This document shows positions 35,430 through 48,900 of a stretch of 64,000 nt of DNA, in pieces. The DNA is taken from assembly GCA_010909165.1 (NCBI GenBank), contig VJWM01000304.1, positions 1 to 64,000 of the forward strand. The letters are read 5' to 3'. The DNA is from Anthoceros angustus. Taxonomy: Eukaryota > Plantae > Anthocerotophyta. Under the pieces are notes generated by a model that was not told where the DNA came from, did not search any database, and saw nothing but the letters and a program-made list of their open reading frames with translations. How positions within the stretch are numbered: the stretch's first letter is position 1; the number at the start of each line of letters is the position of its first letter. Both the position numbers and the translations under genes were made by a program.

Positions 35430-38050
35430 TGTGCAGTGATACTCTCAGCCGCACATAAAGACTCGGTGGTTGAGGAGCTTATCTCCTTGTCGAAGGAAGA
35501 GAACCGCTTGTCACAGTTGCAAGCGAGGAGACAAGCAATCTAGTGGCAGCAAAAATTGCTCTTGGTGAGCTCACCACGCCGCGCTCTTGGCGCAATAATC
35601 TATGACAAGAAGGTATGGATCTTTCCGTGACTTCAACTTTATATTCTTTTCAAACCGAACAAATCGAGTATTCTCTGCAGAAGAGGATGCACATGTTGCC
35701 CATGTTCGGAGGCAACATCGTCTTGTCTGAGGCAGCGGACAATCTCACAACAAGGAGCGTGACACCCTTCAACGAACGGTTAATTTGGCGGAGGACTTAC
35801 ATGATGCCTTGACGCGCATAGTTGTGGAAGGAAAAAGGACTCCTCGGATTCCAGCTCCTTGTTACACCAGCCAAAATGTGCCCTTCATATCACAAAGTCT
35901 GCGTGTGCACCAGTTGTCCTCCTGCTTGCATCCCTTGGCTCTTGTTTCAATTTCTGTCCATGCCTCTAACGACTATTGGTTCCATGGTGATTTGGGGTTC
36001 GGATGCTATGAGTTCGTTTTCCTCCCACAGGCCTTGTTTTCATGATGCATGCCTCTACCAACACATGTTGGTCACGTGACTGCCCCAATCCACCTTGTTG
36101 TCTTCCGGTTCGCAAAGTGGCTCAAGGCTAAGGGTTGGCCATTCACAAGTACCTGCCGGCGCATGGGAACGTGATCGAGAGAGAGTGGATGAGCATTACC
36201 ATGGTTGCTGAGACTTCCACATTATGGAGCACCGCTTTGGAAGAATTCTTTGGGGTGGTCGCCAAGATAGTGCCCCTGTTGCCTCACAGAAGAAGGCTGT
36301 TTGGGAGTCTCCTGGTTAGTAATTGTGTAAGTTGGCTTCATGATTTGGGACAACTTTCACAAGACATTTGTGCTAACTTGGATTTTGTTTGGTCATAGGC
36401 ACATACAGTAAACTGCTGCCACTGTCCCGCTTGGAGGTGCTCAGGCGTTCATCACACCACCTCGTGGGCAGCAGCCTCCCATACCAGTGCAGGCTAATCC
36501 AGTACGTCCTTGTTGGCCGATGCACAACTATGTCCAGGATACGCCGGAGGTGGTGGTGCCTCGGACTCAAACCCAGGGTTTGAGTCCGAGTGAGGCACGC
36601 ACCACAGGGTGTAGTGTGATGCGATATTTTTCCCACTCTCCGGGCAGCCCAGCAGTGTCATGTTTGGGGTTGGCCCCTCCGATGAATGGGGGTGCCTCGA
36701 ACGTGGCAACCTCTTTGTTTGTTAGCCCCAGTGTTCCAGTGAGTGAGACGGGTCAGTCTGCTTGTGTGCCAATAATGCCTCACCAGGCAAGACATGGTGG
36801 GCACACATGTGTGGCTGTTGATGTCCCAGCAAAGATGCATCTCGTGGAGTGGACAATCAGTGGAGGAGGATACCCAAATTCTTTTACGGAGACTCGGGTT
36901 GTGCAAGAGGATGAAACTTTGGTTGTCGATCGAAACCCAGTTATGCGGCAGATACTCGGGCCGTAGATTTTTGCCGTCTTTGTCCACCTCAATGGAGACA
37001 CGAAGGGAAGAATGTGGAAGTTGATGGATGAAGATGAAACCGAGGATGAAGTGCCCAAAGATGAAGTCAAGTGCCGGTGAGGATGAATTGCCCAAAGATG
37101 TGGAAATGCTCTTAGAGAGGGATCGGTAGAGAGAAGGAGGTGGCCACCACCAAGGACGATGAGGAAGTGGCCCCATAGGAGTGGTAAGGAAGTGACCACT
37201 TGTGCAAGTGATGCACGGTGGCCACTTGTGTTGGTGATGTAGTGGCCACTTGCGTGGTGGTGTAGTGGCCACTATGGGTCGCCACCGCTGACGTGGCAAC
37301 TTGTGTTGGTGACAGTGCCCACTTTTGCCGACCACTGAGCGGCCACCGATATGGCTCTTGCCTTTGGGTAAGGAAGTGCCCACAGGCGAGTTAAGGTGAA
37401 TTCGCGAAAGCTATTTGTAGACAAAGCACCACAACTTGAAACATCCGCCTCGATGTGGTCGAAGCTTACGGTGGGCGGCGTCGCTCTCGCAAACCAAGAG
37501 GCCGGATCGGACTCCGAGCACATTGAAACGAAAGAGTGCCTCCAAGACCGGAGACCAGGCGTCCCAAGAAAGCGACAAGGTGCCTTGGTGGAAGCACCAC
37601 TCTGGAATTTGGTGCACACACGCATCCGTGAGACAATTTCATGGTGCGTGCAATGAAGGATAATAAGGAGAAGGTCAAGTGGTATGCAAAATGCACAGGC
37701 ACTCACGACAATTAGCAGACGGAAGACCCCGCTTGGGGTGGTGAGATTTTACGGTGAAAAAGTGGTGAAAGGTTATTACTATGAGCAAGTGCCGTCGACA
37801 AAAGTGCCTTTGAGCTGCTAGATTGAGCCACGTGGTGACCCAATAATGCTTGAAGCGGACAACGTCGACCACAAAGTTTCCAATGGTAGCTATTAGAGGC
37901 CAAGCAGGAAGAACAAGAAGACTCCACAATGTCGGCTTCTGCTGGATATAGAGCATGGTTGGATCAAGTGGCGAACTAGGAGAGGGATTGCAAAGCTATC
38001 CACGACTTGTCGAGAGTGTGGAGTCCCAACTGGTGTGGAAGTGTCTGGGC
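35430..38050 (+). pseudogene. Sola2-internal accessory gene remnant ending in a domain paralogous to the Sola2 transposase C-terminus
   Basis: Serial + strand ORF pieces and an acidic linker at ~37020-37160. DNFMVRA.EDNKEKVKWY...KGYYYEQV...KFPM (37630-37890) parallels VGDNFMVFANKEDEGQEFY...CKFDM at 42630-42880 (-). Confidence 0.5.
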
Positions 38051-39592
38051 AATTTAGGCTGGATGCCTCCGATTTCTGCGAGATATGGTTTTAGTTTGGT
38101 GGTGAACCATGTTAAACATGCCGTGCTCGGCTGGATGTTGTGACATGGATTCAAACTATGTTGTGTGTGTGAGTTCGGTGTGTTCAGTTAGCAATTGGAA
38201 TGTTGTGCGGTTGTGACCCTTCACACTTGCCTTGCTTGTCTAGATGTGCATTTGGATTTGTCGATTAACACCCTACACGTGTTAATCGACTATAGCTACA
38301 CGAGCTACATTGCCTCAAAAGAATGGCTAGCTACACAAGGCCGCAGCCTAAAAAGCAGGCGTCTCCTAAGGTGTCTGTCAAAGAAAACTATCAAGGCCAT
38401 TTGTGAAGAGTTTTGGAAATGGCAAGCCTCGTTTTAGCCGAGAGCAGAAGACATCATTTTATTGTGATTGTGGTATAGTGCCATAGCATCGATTTCACAA
38501 TGCACACTCATGCCTCTCTGCTAGAAAGTATAATGTACAAATCATTCCACAATTGAGCGGGAAGCAACAAGCAAAGATTCACAGCACTTGACCCGGCGTA
38601 TACGAATACATCGCCTCGCCAAGCATAGCACACCCATGAGCAGCGGTGTGCCACACATCCCTCTTGCGGACATGCCTCGACCATACATGCTATATGCAAG
38701 CACGATGACAAGCGTTGCTCCGCTCGGCGCCTCGATCTACCACAACGCCGGTGTCGTGCTCGCTTGAGTCATCCACAGGGAGGGCACCTTGTCCTCCAGT
38801 CCATCGGCCTGCAGTGCGGCGTGAAGGCTGGCATAGGGGCCAACCTCTGAGCTCGCACCTTCTTCCAGTAGCGCTGCCGTGCCTTGGCCCGTTCCATTCG
38901 ATGCATCTGCAGCCAAGTTGTGTGAATCATCATAGCTAGATGGGATACTCACCTCCGGCAAAGAGGGCGCCCTTGGCCGGTTGCTCGGCTTGAGATTCCA
39001 TGTCCCTCCATCACAACAATATCATCCATTCTGTCAAGGCGCCATAGCTTCCATTGAGTGCAAAGGCGGGACCCGTGGTGCAGCGAGGGTGCTCGTGCTC
39101 GAAAGTGGAACGAGGGTGACCGCGGGCTTTAAGTTGCGAAGGCCGCAGCGTGTGCATAAGGCCACCATTGAAAGGTGAGATGATTACTTCTCATTGAATC
39201 ATGCCGGTGCAGGAAGCAAGCCTAGATGGCCAATCGTGGGATGGATTTTGAATTTGTGAGTGAGGCCTTGGGCATTGTAAAGTTTGCCTACGAATGGGCA
39301 TGATGTCGAAAGGTGAGAAAACTACGGACATGTATCTAATAAGATTTCTATTGCCGGTACTTTGATTGTGATGCTCGATGTCTGCTGTGTTGATGTGTTG
39401 TGATGCAAGTCGGTTTATGCAGCGAGGCTAGAACCGGCGAACCCTCAAGCGGCTTCACATCCACTACTCGGAAGCTTTCACACACATGCCTTCACCTCAG
39501 CACATTCACATATGCAAAACCTAGAAAGCAGACTTGATATGGAGCTTTCCAGTAAACAAGCTCCTGCTTTGGAAGCTTTGAAAGTTTTGGAC

Positions 39593-39650
39593 TTCAACCT
39601 ACAACCTACAACCTACAACCTACAACCTACAGACTTCAACCTACAACCTT
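39593..39650 (+). repeat. (ACAACCT)n heptamer repeat
   Basis: About 7 units, interrupted once. Confidence 0.85.
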
Positions 39651-39799
39651 ATTTATGCATACAAAACAGTACACAAGGCGTTATGTATGAAAATGTAGCC
39701 TAGAAAGCGATTCTAGCCGCCTACCTAGAATTGCTTCACATGCCAACCATCGAGTGGGTCCCGATGCTCACATCTAGACATTAAGCCTACGGGCCACCT

Positions 39800-41015
39800 C
39801 TCAATCCAACTTCCCAGCCAAAGAAGTTCTCTTCGAAATCACTTGCACTGGAACCACATCTTGTGGTAAACTTTGCCACCCACAGGCCTCTGCTTCAATT
39901 TCTCAAGCGATTAGTCACATTACAATGCCCTTAGCATGTGGACAACCAATCTCTTACTCGTGAGGACTCGGACCATGTCACCCAGGCCTCCCGGGTCGCC
40001 GACAACAATGTCGATGCTCGGGTAAATGCAAAAAATGCACCAATGGCGAATTCTTGCCTCAAACTCATACATCCCTTGAACTCGTCCGACCTCGGTATGC
40101 ATTGGATCTCGTGCTCGAACTGAAATTTCCTCATTGCGATGGGCGGTGACTTGAGGCACCCACTTCCACCGCATCCTTCCCAACCGGATCTGCATAACGA
40201 CCGGTTCGCGGCAAAGGATAACGCTTCTTCATTACAATTCGGTCAACAAGAAAGCCCAACTCCCAATAAAGGCGGGGTGTGTCAGTCCAAAGGATATACT
40301 CGAGACATCCCAACGGTGGAATCACCACACCTCACCTCGCTGTGTTGACACCAGATCCAGCCATATCCCTTCCAATTCAAACAAAGATAGTGAAAAGCGG
40401 AAAGCATCATGCCTCAATCCAACTTCCCAGCCAAAGAAGTTCTTCAACGAAATCACTTGGAACCACATCTTGTGGTAAACTTTGCCACCAGCGGGCCTCC
40501 TGCTTCAATTTCTCAAGCGATTAGTCACAATACAATGCCCTTAGCATGTGGACAACCAATCTCTTACTCGTGAGGACTCGGACCATGTCACCCGGGCCTC
40601 CCGGGTCGCCGACAACAATGTCGATGCTCGGGTAAATGCAAAATGCACCAATGGCGAATTCTTGCCTCAAACTCCTTCATCCCTTGAACTCGTCCGACCT
40701 CGGTATGCATTGGATCTCGTGCTCGAACTGAAATTTCCTCATTGCGGCATGGGCGGTGACTTAGGCACCCACTTCCACCGCATCCTTCCCAACCGGATCA
40801 CATAACCGACCGGTTCCCGCAGAAGGATAACGCTTCATTACAATTCGGTCAACAAGAAAGCCCAACTCCCAATACGGGGTGTGTCAAAGGATATACTCGA
40901 GACATCCCAGGAGTGGAATCACCACACCTCATCGCTGTTGAAACCTTAGCATCCACACCATATCCCTTCCAATTCAAACAAAGATAGTGAAAAGCGGAAA
41001 GCATCATGCTGGTCT
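39800..41015. repeat. ~613-bp tandem duplication
   Basis: CTCAATCCAACTTCCCAGCCAAAGAAG at ~39800 and ~40413, colinear. Confidence 0.92.
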
Positions 41016-41389
41016 CAATCCCTTGACGATGAAGGGATTGTGTGAGAGAAGTGGTCTCTGTAGAGTTAACTGGAGGTGAAGCACTCCCAAACCACGAAGA
41101 ACCGGCGGGACCGTCCAGGCGGAGGATGGGTTCCGGAGCCGAAAGCAGCCGCTGTCGAAGCCATGTGGGCGCCCAATGTAACTAAGCCTCGCCCGTGGCG
41201 GGATGAGCTGCCTCGCGCCGTGGCCGGGATGAGGCACATGCGTGACCGCCCCTACAAAACAAAAGGTATAGTCACGGACGCCAAAGCATGGACTTTAAGC
41301 AAAGCCCTAAACACGAAAGCTACCACACACTGCGGTGGTGAAGTGCCCAACCGCACAAAACACATGATGCGAACAAGTGTTGAAGTAGC

Positions 41390-42030
41390 CATGTAGCCAT
41401 GTAGCCATGTAGCCACATGGCAAGACAAGTACACCAATATACAAGTGCCCATGTAACCACGGACCGTAACCACATGGCAAGACAAGTACACCAATATACA
41501 AGTGCCCATGTAACCACGGGACCGTAACCACAAGACAAGTACACCAATATACAAGTGCCCATGTAACCACGGACCGTAACCACATGACAAGTACACCAAT
41601 GCACAAGTGCCCATGTAACCACGGGACCGTAACCACATGGCAAGACAAGTACACCATGCCACGACCACATAGCAAGAGAAGTACACCATGCCACACCATT
41701 GTATAAGTGCCCGTATAACCACGAGAGCATATCACGACCACATGGCAGGAAAAGTGAACCACTGTACAAGTGCCCATGTAACCATGGGAACATGCCAGGA
41801 CCACAAGGAAACAAGAGTGAGCCATATACAAGTGCCCATGTAACCACGGGAACATGCCAGGACAACAAGGCAAGAAGAGTGAGCCATGCACAAGTGCCCA
41901 TGTAACCGCGGGAACATGCCAGGACCACAAGGCAAGAAGAGTGAGCCATGCACAAGTGCCCATGTAACCACGGAACATGCGAGGATCACATGGCAAGAAA
42001 AGTGAACAACGTACAAGTGCACATGTAACC
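41390..42030. repeat. ~55-62-bp minisatellite downstream of the Sola2 transposase
   Basis: Core AAGTGCCCATGTAACCACGG repeated about 10 times with a gradual change of unit sequence. Confidence 0.9.
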
Positions 42031-42505
42031 AACTTGAAGGGAACATACCGGCTCATATAAAGCCACGTCCATGCTGCGGCTTCTTGTTCAACCCTTGCTG
42101 ACATGCCTCCATCCCCACCACACGTGTATGGTCAAGGAAGTTGAATTCAAGATGAATTCACATCACTCCCTGTGCCAAATGGCGAGCACCTCTGAGGAAG
42201 AGCCGAGCAAAAACCAGGCACATCTTGCGGATGCATTTCATTGTTGGAAATTATCTACATGGTTCAAGGACACAACTTACCACTCTGCTCTATAAAGTCA
42301 CAATATCTCTCTGGTGGAAAATGACCGTGCCCACATCAACGGCATCTCAATTTGTACACGCACCATGCATTATTGGATCATCATTGGATACAAACAAGCT
42401 ATCTTCATGGATCAAGGAAACAACGATAAGCGGAATGACATGCCAACAATCTCCGTCCGGCGTCAACGGGATGCACACTCCACACCAAAACAACAGCTGT
42501 ACTTA

Positions 42506-43523
42506 CTACTTCACATCAAAACAACCTAAGGATCGATTACTCTCCTCCACAAGGGAGTCCACTACTTGCTGAGCATCTGATGATAGGAAGTATAACAACT
42601 CGTCACCATCCTGTTCATGGTGGACCATGTCAAACTTGCATAGTTTGACTAACTCAGCTGGTTGAACACTGTCTGCGTTCTCTAGAGGCAAGGTATAGAC
42701 GTGAATATTCTTCAACATGTAATCTTGACCAACCACCAGGCTTCACCGACGATGTGTGACCGGCTCCAAGGCGATGTCGCTTGTGCTAAGCGTGTGCTTC
42801 ACCTCGATTACCTGCGAAGGTAGAATTCTTGGCCCTCATCTTCTTTATTGGCAAAAACCATGAAGTTGTCACCGACTTCCAAGAGGTCTGCCAAATCTGA
42901 GAGATCCACAGCTTCATCATCGAGCGTCGGCAAGGAGAGCGTCCGGAGTAAAGGAATTGCGGTGGGCTGCACGGTAATCCGAGGAGCGGGACCATCGATG
43001 TGGTCTAATCTTAACTAAATTCCAAAAGCGTGAGGAACTCTCTCAAGCATCATGGTTGCTTTACACTCTGCACAAAAACAAGACAGTGCGCATTTTCGGT
43101 TGCACAGGATCGCCACTATACAGTATGCATCTTCTTGGACCCGGTATGGGGTCACAAGCATATTTCACCTCGATTCACCTCATCCTTGCCAATAAGCGGA
43201 AACTTCTATGCACTCCATGCTGCCCGGATGCATAAGAGCTGCGGCCGCAGAAATGTGTTCTTAGTCTTGGACAACATCACCGATTTTGCAACCTCCCCTG
43301 TGTGGGAGGACTCTGCGACTCTAAGGGCTCTCTTCAAAATAGCACCTGCACCATCATGCTCTCCCTTGCCATGGCCACTCCCAAAGTATGACCACGACAT
43401 GTTGCACTGTCAAGCTAGGGTACACGGAGATGAAGTATGAAGGTCGACATGCCTTGAATTGACTTGCTTGCTCCATCTCGGCCAGCACCAATGCTCCCGA
43501 GGTCTTGGGAACCCCGAATCCAA
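42506..43523 (-). pseudogene. Sola2-like transposase, C-terminal part
   Basis: LDSGFPRPREHWCW.DG..SQFKACR, WSYFGSGHGKGEHDGAGAILKRALR, R.VSCFCAEC and the VGDNFMV domain. Confidence 0.85.
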
Positions 43524-43599
43524 CACTGAGGAGGCTACCTTTTACAAATGGGTCTAAGTTTAGTTAGAGGAAACTACAACACTCTTACACTCAAAGCCA

Positions 43600-44600
43600 C
43601 ATTGTAAGTTTTTGAACATTTACAACAAGGGTTCCTAACTAATATGATGTGGCATGGATTTTACAGGGGTTTGTTGACATGGCATGTTGACACGAATTTT
43701 ACAACGGGATTTGTTGACATGGCATGTTGACACAATTTTACAACGGGGTTTGTTGACATGGCTTGCTCGTTGTACATATGCGTTGTTAATTGTGCATAAA
43801 CTCTTTTGATTTAGAAAACTATGGGGGTTATTTGTTAATAAAACTACATTTTGTTGAATTTATAATGACGTGGCATAAAGGATGTTGTAAACGTACTTGT
43901 AAAAGACGTTGTAAACCATGTTTGTTGTAGATGTGGTTGTAAATTGTGCAAGACTTGATTTTTGGAATAATACCATTTATTGGAATATCTATGAATAGAT
44001 TTATTATTTGCTGATGTGGCAAGTTCGTTGCAAATGATGTTGTAAATATGTTTCTCTGGATTTATGTTAGTTATGGGATTATCTTTTTTTTGTATTTCAC
44101 GTGTCACATGCATTGTAGCTATGGTTGTAAAATGCATGAAAACCATTTTATATAAATATCTATAAATAAATTTATTATTTGCTGACATGGCAAGCTCATT
44201 GCAAATATCATTGTAAAATGGTTTCTCCAATTTATGTTATATTATTGGATTATTCATTTTATTGTATATTTACCGACGTGGCACATGCGTCAGAACTATG
44301 GTTGTAAAATGCACAAGCCAGCCAATATCCATGAATAAATATATTATTTGCTGATGTGGCATGTTTGTCGCAAATGATGTTGTAAAATTTTGGAAGAGAC
44401 CTTTTCCTTATTTATGTAATTTATGAGGTTATATATTAGTAAGATTGTGATGTGGCATGCTTGTCGCAAATGCCGTTGTAAATATGTGGAAGAGACCTTT
44501 TCCTGATTTATGTCATTTATGAGGCTATATATTAGTGAAATTGCGATGTGGCATGTTCATTGCAAATACATTGTAAAATGTTATACAAATTTATCGATTT
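43600..44600. repeat. CACTA left subterminal repeat region (AT-rich)
   Basis: Many TTTACAAC/GTTGTAAA and ATGTGGCA motifs in both orientations. Confidence 0.8.
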
Positions 44601-44649
44601 ATAAATAGTGCCAGCATTGTAAATGTCGTAAGAATTTTCCTAGCCAAGT

Positions 44650-45500
44650 GTCAAAACGAGGCATGCATCTTGGCATACAGTCCACCAGAAGCGCCCACAA
44701 GTACGTTATCCAAATGTCCTCTTTGCACAAGGTGAGTGCAACCGCCTTCCTCAGAAGGCACCAATGCTTGCACATGCCTTCAAAAGGCAAGCAAAAGTAA
44801 CCTCATCAGCCACAAGTGCCCTCCTGTATCGTCCATACAAAAATAGCGCCTCTTGACCAAGCCCTTCTCGTCCATACCCAAAGAATCGTGGCATTCCAAG
44901 TCACCACATCCTTTGGGCTCAAGCATTGAAAAACTTGATGCGCATCTTCTACTTCGCCACACTTTGCCTACATGTCCACTGTGCAAGTGCCCACAAGTGT
45001 GTTATCTAGTGCCCTCTCTCCACAATCAGGAGTGCAGCCTTCCGTAAGGCACTTGCACAGGCCTTGGAAGGCAAGCAAAGGTAACATGGTTGCCCACAAT
45101 CGTGCCCTCCTTCTCCATTTGTCCATACAGAACAAGCGCCTCTTGGCCAAGCCCATGATTTGCATACCCAACTATCGTGGCCCATGTCACGACATCCTTT
45201 CTAACCTATCGAAAACCGTGTGTCTCTTCCATTCACCGGTTTGCGTACATGTCCACGACTTGGCAATAAACAAGTTCGGTGGAATGTCACTGCAACATAT
45301 CATCGCACTTTTCGCTAGATTCCGTGTCCACAAAGAAATGCACAAGCTTGAAGGGCTGCTACAAAGATGTGGGCATCCGCCTTCACACCGAGCGACACAT
45401 CGATAGTAAAGTTGTATCGCCTCATTAGGCTCCCCATGTGTAGCATGTGCGGAGATTATTGAAAACCACATGAAGGGATTTGGTTTGCCCACCCTCCGTA
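44650..45500 (-). pseudogene. PLS-class pentatricopeptide repeat (PPR) gene fragment
   Basis: PNPFMWFSIISAHATHGEPNEAIQLY; VDMYA...HTVFDRL..DVVTW; GYANHGLGQEALVLYGQME; AKCGEVEDAHQVFQCLSPKDVVTWNA; DEVTFACLLKACASIGA. Confidence 0.88.
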
Positions 45501-47739
45501 GCCTACCTCCTCCATACATACATCCGCAAGATATGGTTCCCCAAGTATGTGATTGACTGCACCAAGTTTGATGTGAGATCATGAACGTCATCCCACAACC
45601 ATGTCCTTCTTATCGCACAAAGTTTTAGCACGACATATAAGATGGTGAGGAATAGAATAGTCTATCACGCAGATTTCTGAGCTCCAACGGCCTCGAAGCT
45701 TTCCTACTCACATAACGTCGATGGTTACAGTGTCACGACTCCCATATCCAATCCGCACACCTCCTGTGCGGCTTTGGAGAGCTCGACTTGGAAGGAGAAG
45801 CACAATGACCCACTGCATATTCAAAGAAACAAGCTTCTCATCCAACAAGTCGGCTTGAACATGTTGTTTAACCCGAGGACCTCACCGGACTCCTTGCACC
45901 GAATGTCGTGAGCGAGCTCCTCTTACCTCGCCTAGTTTCCCACGCACAAGAGGGAGTCCTAGGAAGTGGTGATGGGAGGATGCCACTTGGTGTGGTCACA
46001 CCGAGAAGCGGTGGCGCTCAAGTCACACGAGTCCGGTAGTCCTATCTATTCAAATAGGTAGGACTCAAGTCCTTGGTCTTTGGGGTTTGAAGAAGCAGAC
46101 TCAAGTCCTTGGTCTTGGGTTTGAATGATGTTCCTTGGTCCTTGGGAAAGTAGCAAGTAGATAGAAGCCTATTTCGAGTCCTTGGTCTTCGGGGTTCGGA
46201 AGGATGTTCCTTGGTCCTTGGGAAAATGGTATGTAGATAGAATGGTTTGCTTAAGATTGTCTGACTTGGCTTTGCAGGGCAGCTTCCAAGGATTGCTTGA
46301 CTGAGAGAGATTGCCTGACTTTGCTTAGCAGGGCAGCAGTCACATGTTGAGTCAGCGCCGCCTCCCTCTCTCACGCGCCGAGATCTTGGTCGCCTGCACA
46401 CAAGCTCTAACAACGGCACATGGTGTTTAGTTAGTGACTACACACAAGCTCGTGTTTAGTTAGTGACACTAATTCGACCTACAACACAATTAGGGCTTAT
46501 AAATTGAATTCCTTGGATCAAGAAGGTTTGTGTGCATCCCCAATCTCTTATGCTTGGTGCTTTTTAGGCACGCACTTTCACGGGCAAAGGTTGCTAAGCG
46601 CCTTTCTACTAACCCCAACCACCTTGCAATGTAGATGGTACTACGCGTGCGCGGTTGGGTTTGCATTGTCATGCGTAACGCGATAAGGAAACAAGACTTT
46701 TGGCCACAACATTAGTGGTGGGGACGCAGTGGATGCCGTGGTGGAAGGATCCGCCTCTAACGGCTCGGTGGTTGGGTTTAGTAGACAGCGCAAGCCAAGG
46801 AGCCGCTTCCGCTTGTCGACAAGCCTAGCGTGCGTAAAAAATGGGCCACCGTGAAGGCAAAGAAGCGGGAGGGCGTCTCAAAGGAGCGGAAGCGCAAGCG
46901 CCCCTCCTCGAAATGTGAGTTGTGCATCAACGGCTTTGTCAAGCGCGATCGCACGCACCAGTTTGAATCGCCGCCTTCAACTAGTTACGAGCTCTAGGGT
47001 CGGTGATGATAATGAGCTCTAAACGATGGCTTTTCTTTTCTCACTTGTGTGGTAGGAAAGAAGGGCCACCGATGCGGTGGAGAACAAGCGCCTCCCGATG
47101 CCGTGAGGAGGAGCAGCCTCCTCGATGCCGTGAGGAGGAGCAGCCTCCTCTAATGCCGTGGAGGAGGAGCAGCCTCCTCGATGCCGTGGAGGAGTACCGC
47201 GCCGCCGCTAATCCCATGGCGCCGCCGTGTGGAAGAGCTCGTGCCGCTGCCTGTGGAGAAGCGAACGACTGCCTCAAGTCACCACCACCTCCTCTTAGGT
47301 CTTCGGATGAGAGAACAAGGGCCACCAAGTGGCTTATGTGCACACGCAGACCTTTTGAGAAAGATGATAGCTGCGAAGAAGGCAGCTCGCTTCCTCCCTT
47401 GTCCGTGACACCTGGCTCAAAACTTACCCGGACCTTCAATCCAAAGAATGTCCAGTACTCCCATGCCACCTCCACCACTCCTACTCCTAACCCTTCCGTC
47501 AATGTTGGTTCTCGCAGCTTTGAAGAAGTGCAGCCGGTGATGGAGCAGCCAAGAAGTGGAAAATCCAGTGGAGGAGGGGAGATGGTGGACGGAGATCCGC
47601 CGAATTGCCAAGGAGAAATCGAATTAAAGGGAGATCGCCCAAATGCACGCACGTCATTCCACAATGGACATTCATCTAGAATCGTGTTCTTGGTTTTAGT
47701 TGAAACCGACTTGCTTTTACTTTCATAAGCTTGTCCAGT

Positions 47740-48150
47740 GTGTGTGGCCTTGATCACCGACGCCCAATGTTTCTCTTTTTGGTCTCTCAAGCTCGAACAG
47801 TGTGGCCTTGATCCGATGTTTCTTTTTTTTGGTCTGTCAAGCCTAAAGCCGCAAGTGTGTGGCCTTGACTGCCCGTATTTTTCTATTGGTCATCAAGCCT
47901 AAACATGCGTGTGGCCTTGACCGCCGACCGCCTGTTTCTTTTTGGTCTCTCAAGCCTAAAGTGGTGTGTGGCCTTGATGCGTGTTTTTTGGTCTCTCAAG
48001 TCTAAACCGGGCGTGTGTGGCCTTGATCGCCCATGTTTCTCTTTGGTCTCGCAAGCCTAAACAGTGTGTGTGGCCTTGACGCCCATGTTTCTCCTTTGGT
48101 CTCTCAAGCCTAAACAGTGTGTTTCTCGCTTGGTCCGCCTAAACATGCAG
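47740..48150 (+). repeat. ~55-60-bp minisatellite inside the CACTA
   Basis: GTGTGTGGCCTTGA...TTGGTCTCTCAAGCCTAAA occurs about 7 times. Confidence 0.85.
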
Positions 48151-48309
48151 TGTGTGGCCCGCTTGGCTAACTGCAAGGATGTACATGCTGCGTGCATGTG
48201 CTCAGACAAGCATGTGGCCTATACATGCCACTTAGCCACATGCACGCAGCATGTACAAGCATATTCGATGTTTTCCTTCTCATGTGTCGGTTGGATTAAA
48301 GAAGATTCA

Positions 48310-48900
48310 TGCTTATGAAGTGCTCCAATTTCGGTTGAGGTGGGTAATGCGGCACTTCATGGATCCATTGATTGGCAACTTCGGGAGAGAAACTAGAGAC
48401 ACAAGCAATTGTGGAGGCAGCCATTCAAGAGATGTTGGTGGGATTTGGAGCATGGCTCATGTGTGTGACCAAATGTTCAACACCATGTTGCGCAATTGGA
48501 AGAACAATCTTGCAAGATGCGCAAGACAATTTCTTGAGGGTAATCATCCACCTAAGTATAAGCCTCGTGATATCTCGGACCGCTGGGATCGCATTGTGGA
48601 GAATGAAAAGCCAAGGCCGGATGGAGATGTCGCAAAACGCATAGCAATGTTGAGGAAGTTGAACTCGGATGCCCACCGTATGCCCACTTTGGTAATGGTG
48701 GGTTTGTGAAGTTTACAAATCGGTTTTACCAACTCTTTGGTAGACGCCCCACGGAGCAAGAGATGAGGTGGGCAAGAAGGCCGGAAATTGGATAATAAAA
48801 CTTGAAACATATTGGACGGCCGCCAATCTTCCTCATCCGAGCGTTTGGCTCCAACCCCAGAATAGGTGCCAAACAATTGTGGCGGGACCTCAAGGATGCT
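48310..48900 (+). pseudogene. Possible CACTA TnpA/Ptta-like ORF fragment
   Basis: MLRNWKNNL...KPRDISDRWDRIVE...RKLN...P(H) pattern reminiscent of En/Spm ORF2; weak. Confidence 0.4.

Noticed and set aside
39593-39650. Interstitial telomeric repeat
   Set aside because: The unit ACAACCT differs from plant AAACCCT and the array is short.
41252-42104. Long ORFs (156-265 aa) over the minisatellite, likewise 22041-22776 and 49616-50392
   Set aside because: The open frames arise from stop-free tandem units in several frames, with no sign of real coding.
44650-45500. Functional host PPR editing gene
   Set aside because: It is only a fragment with no E/DYW domain and is enclosed by CACTA termini.
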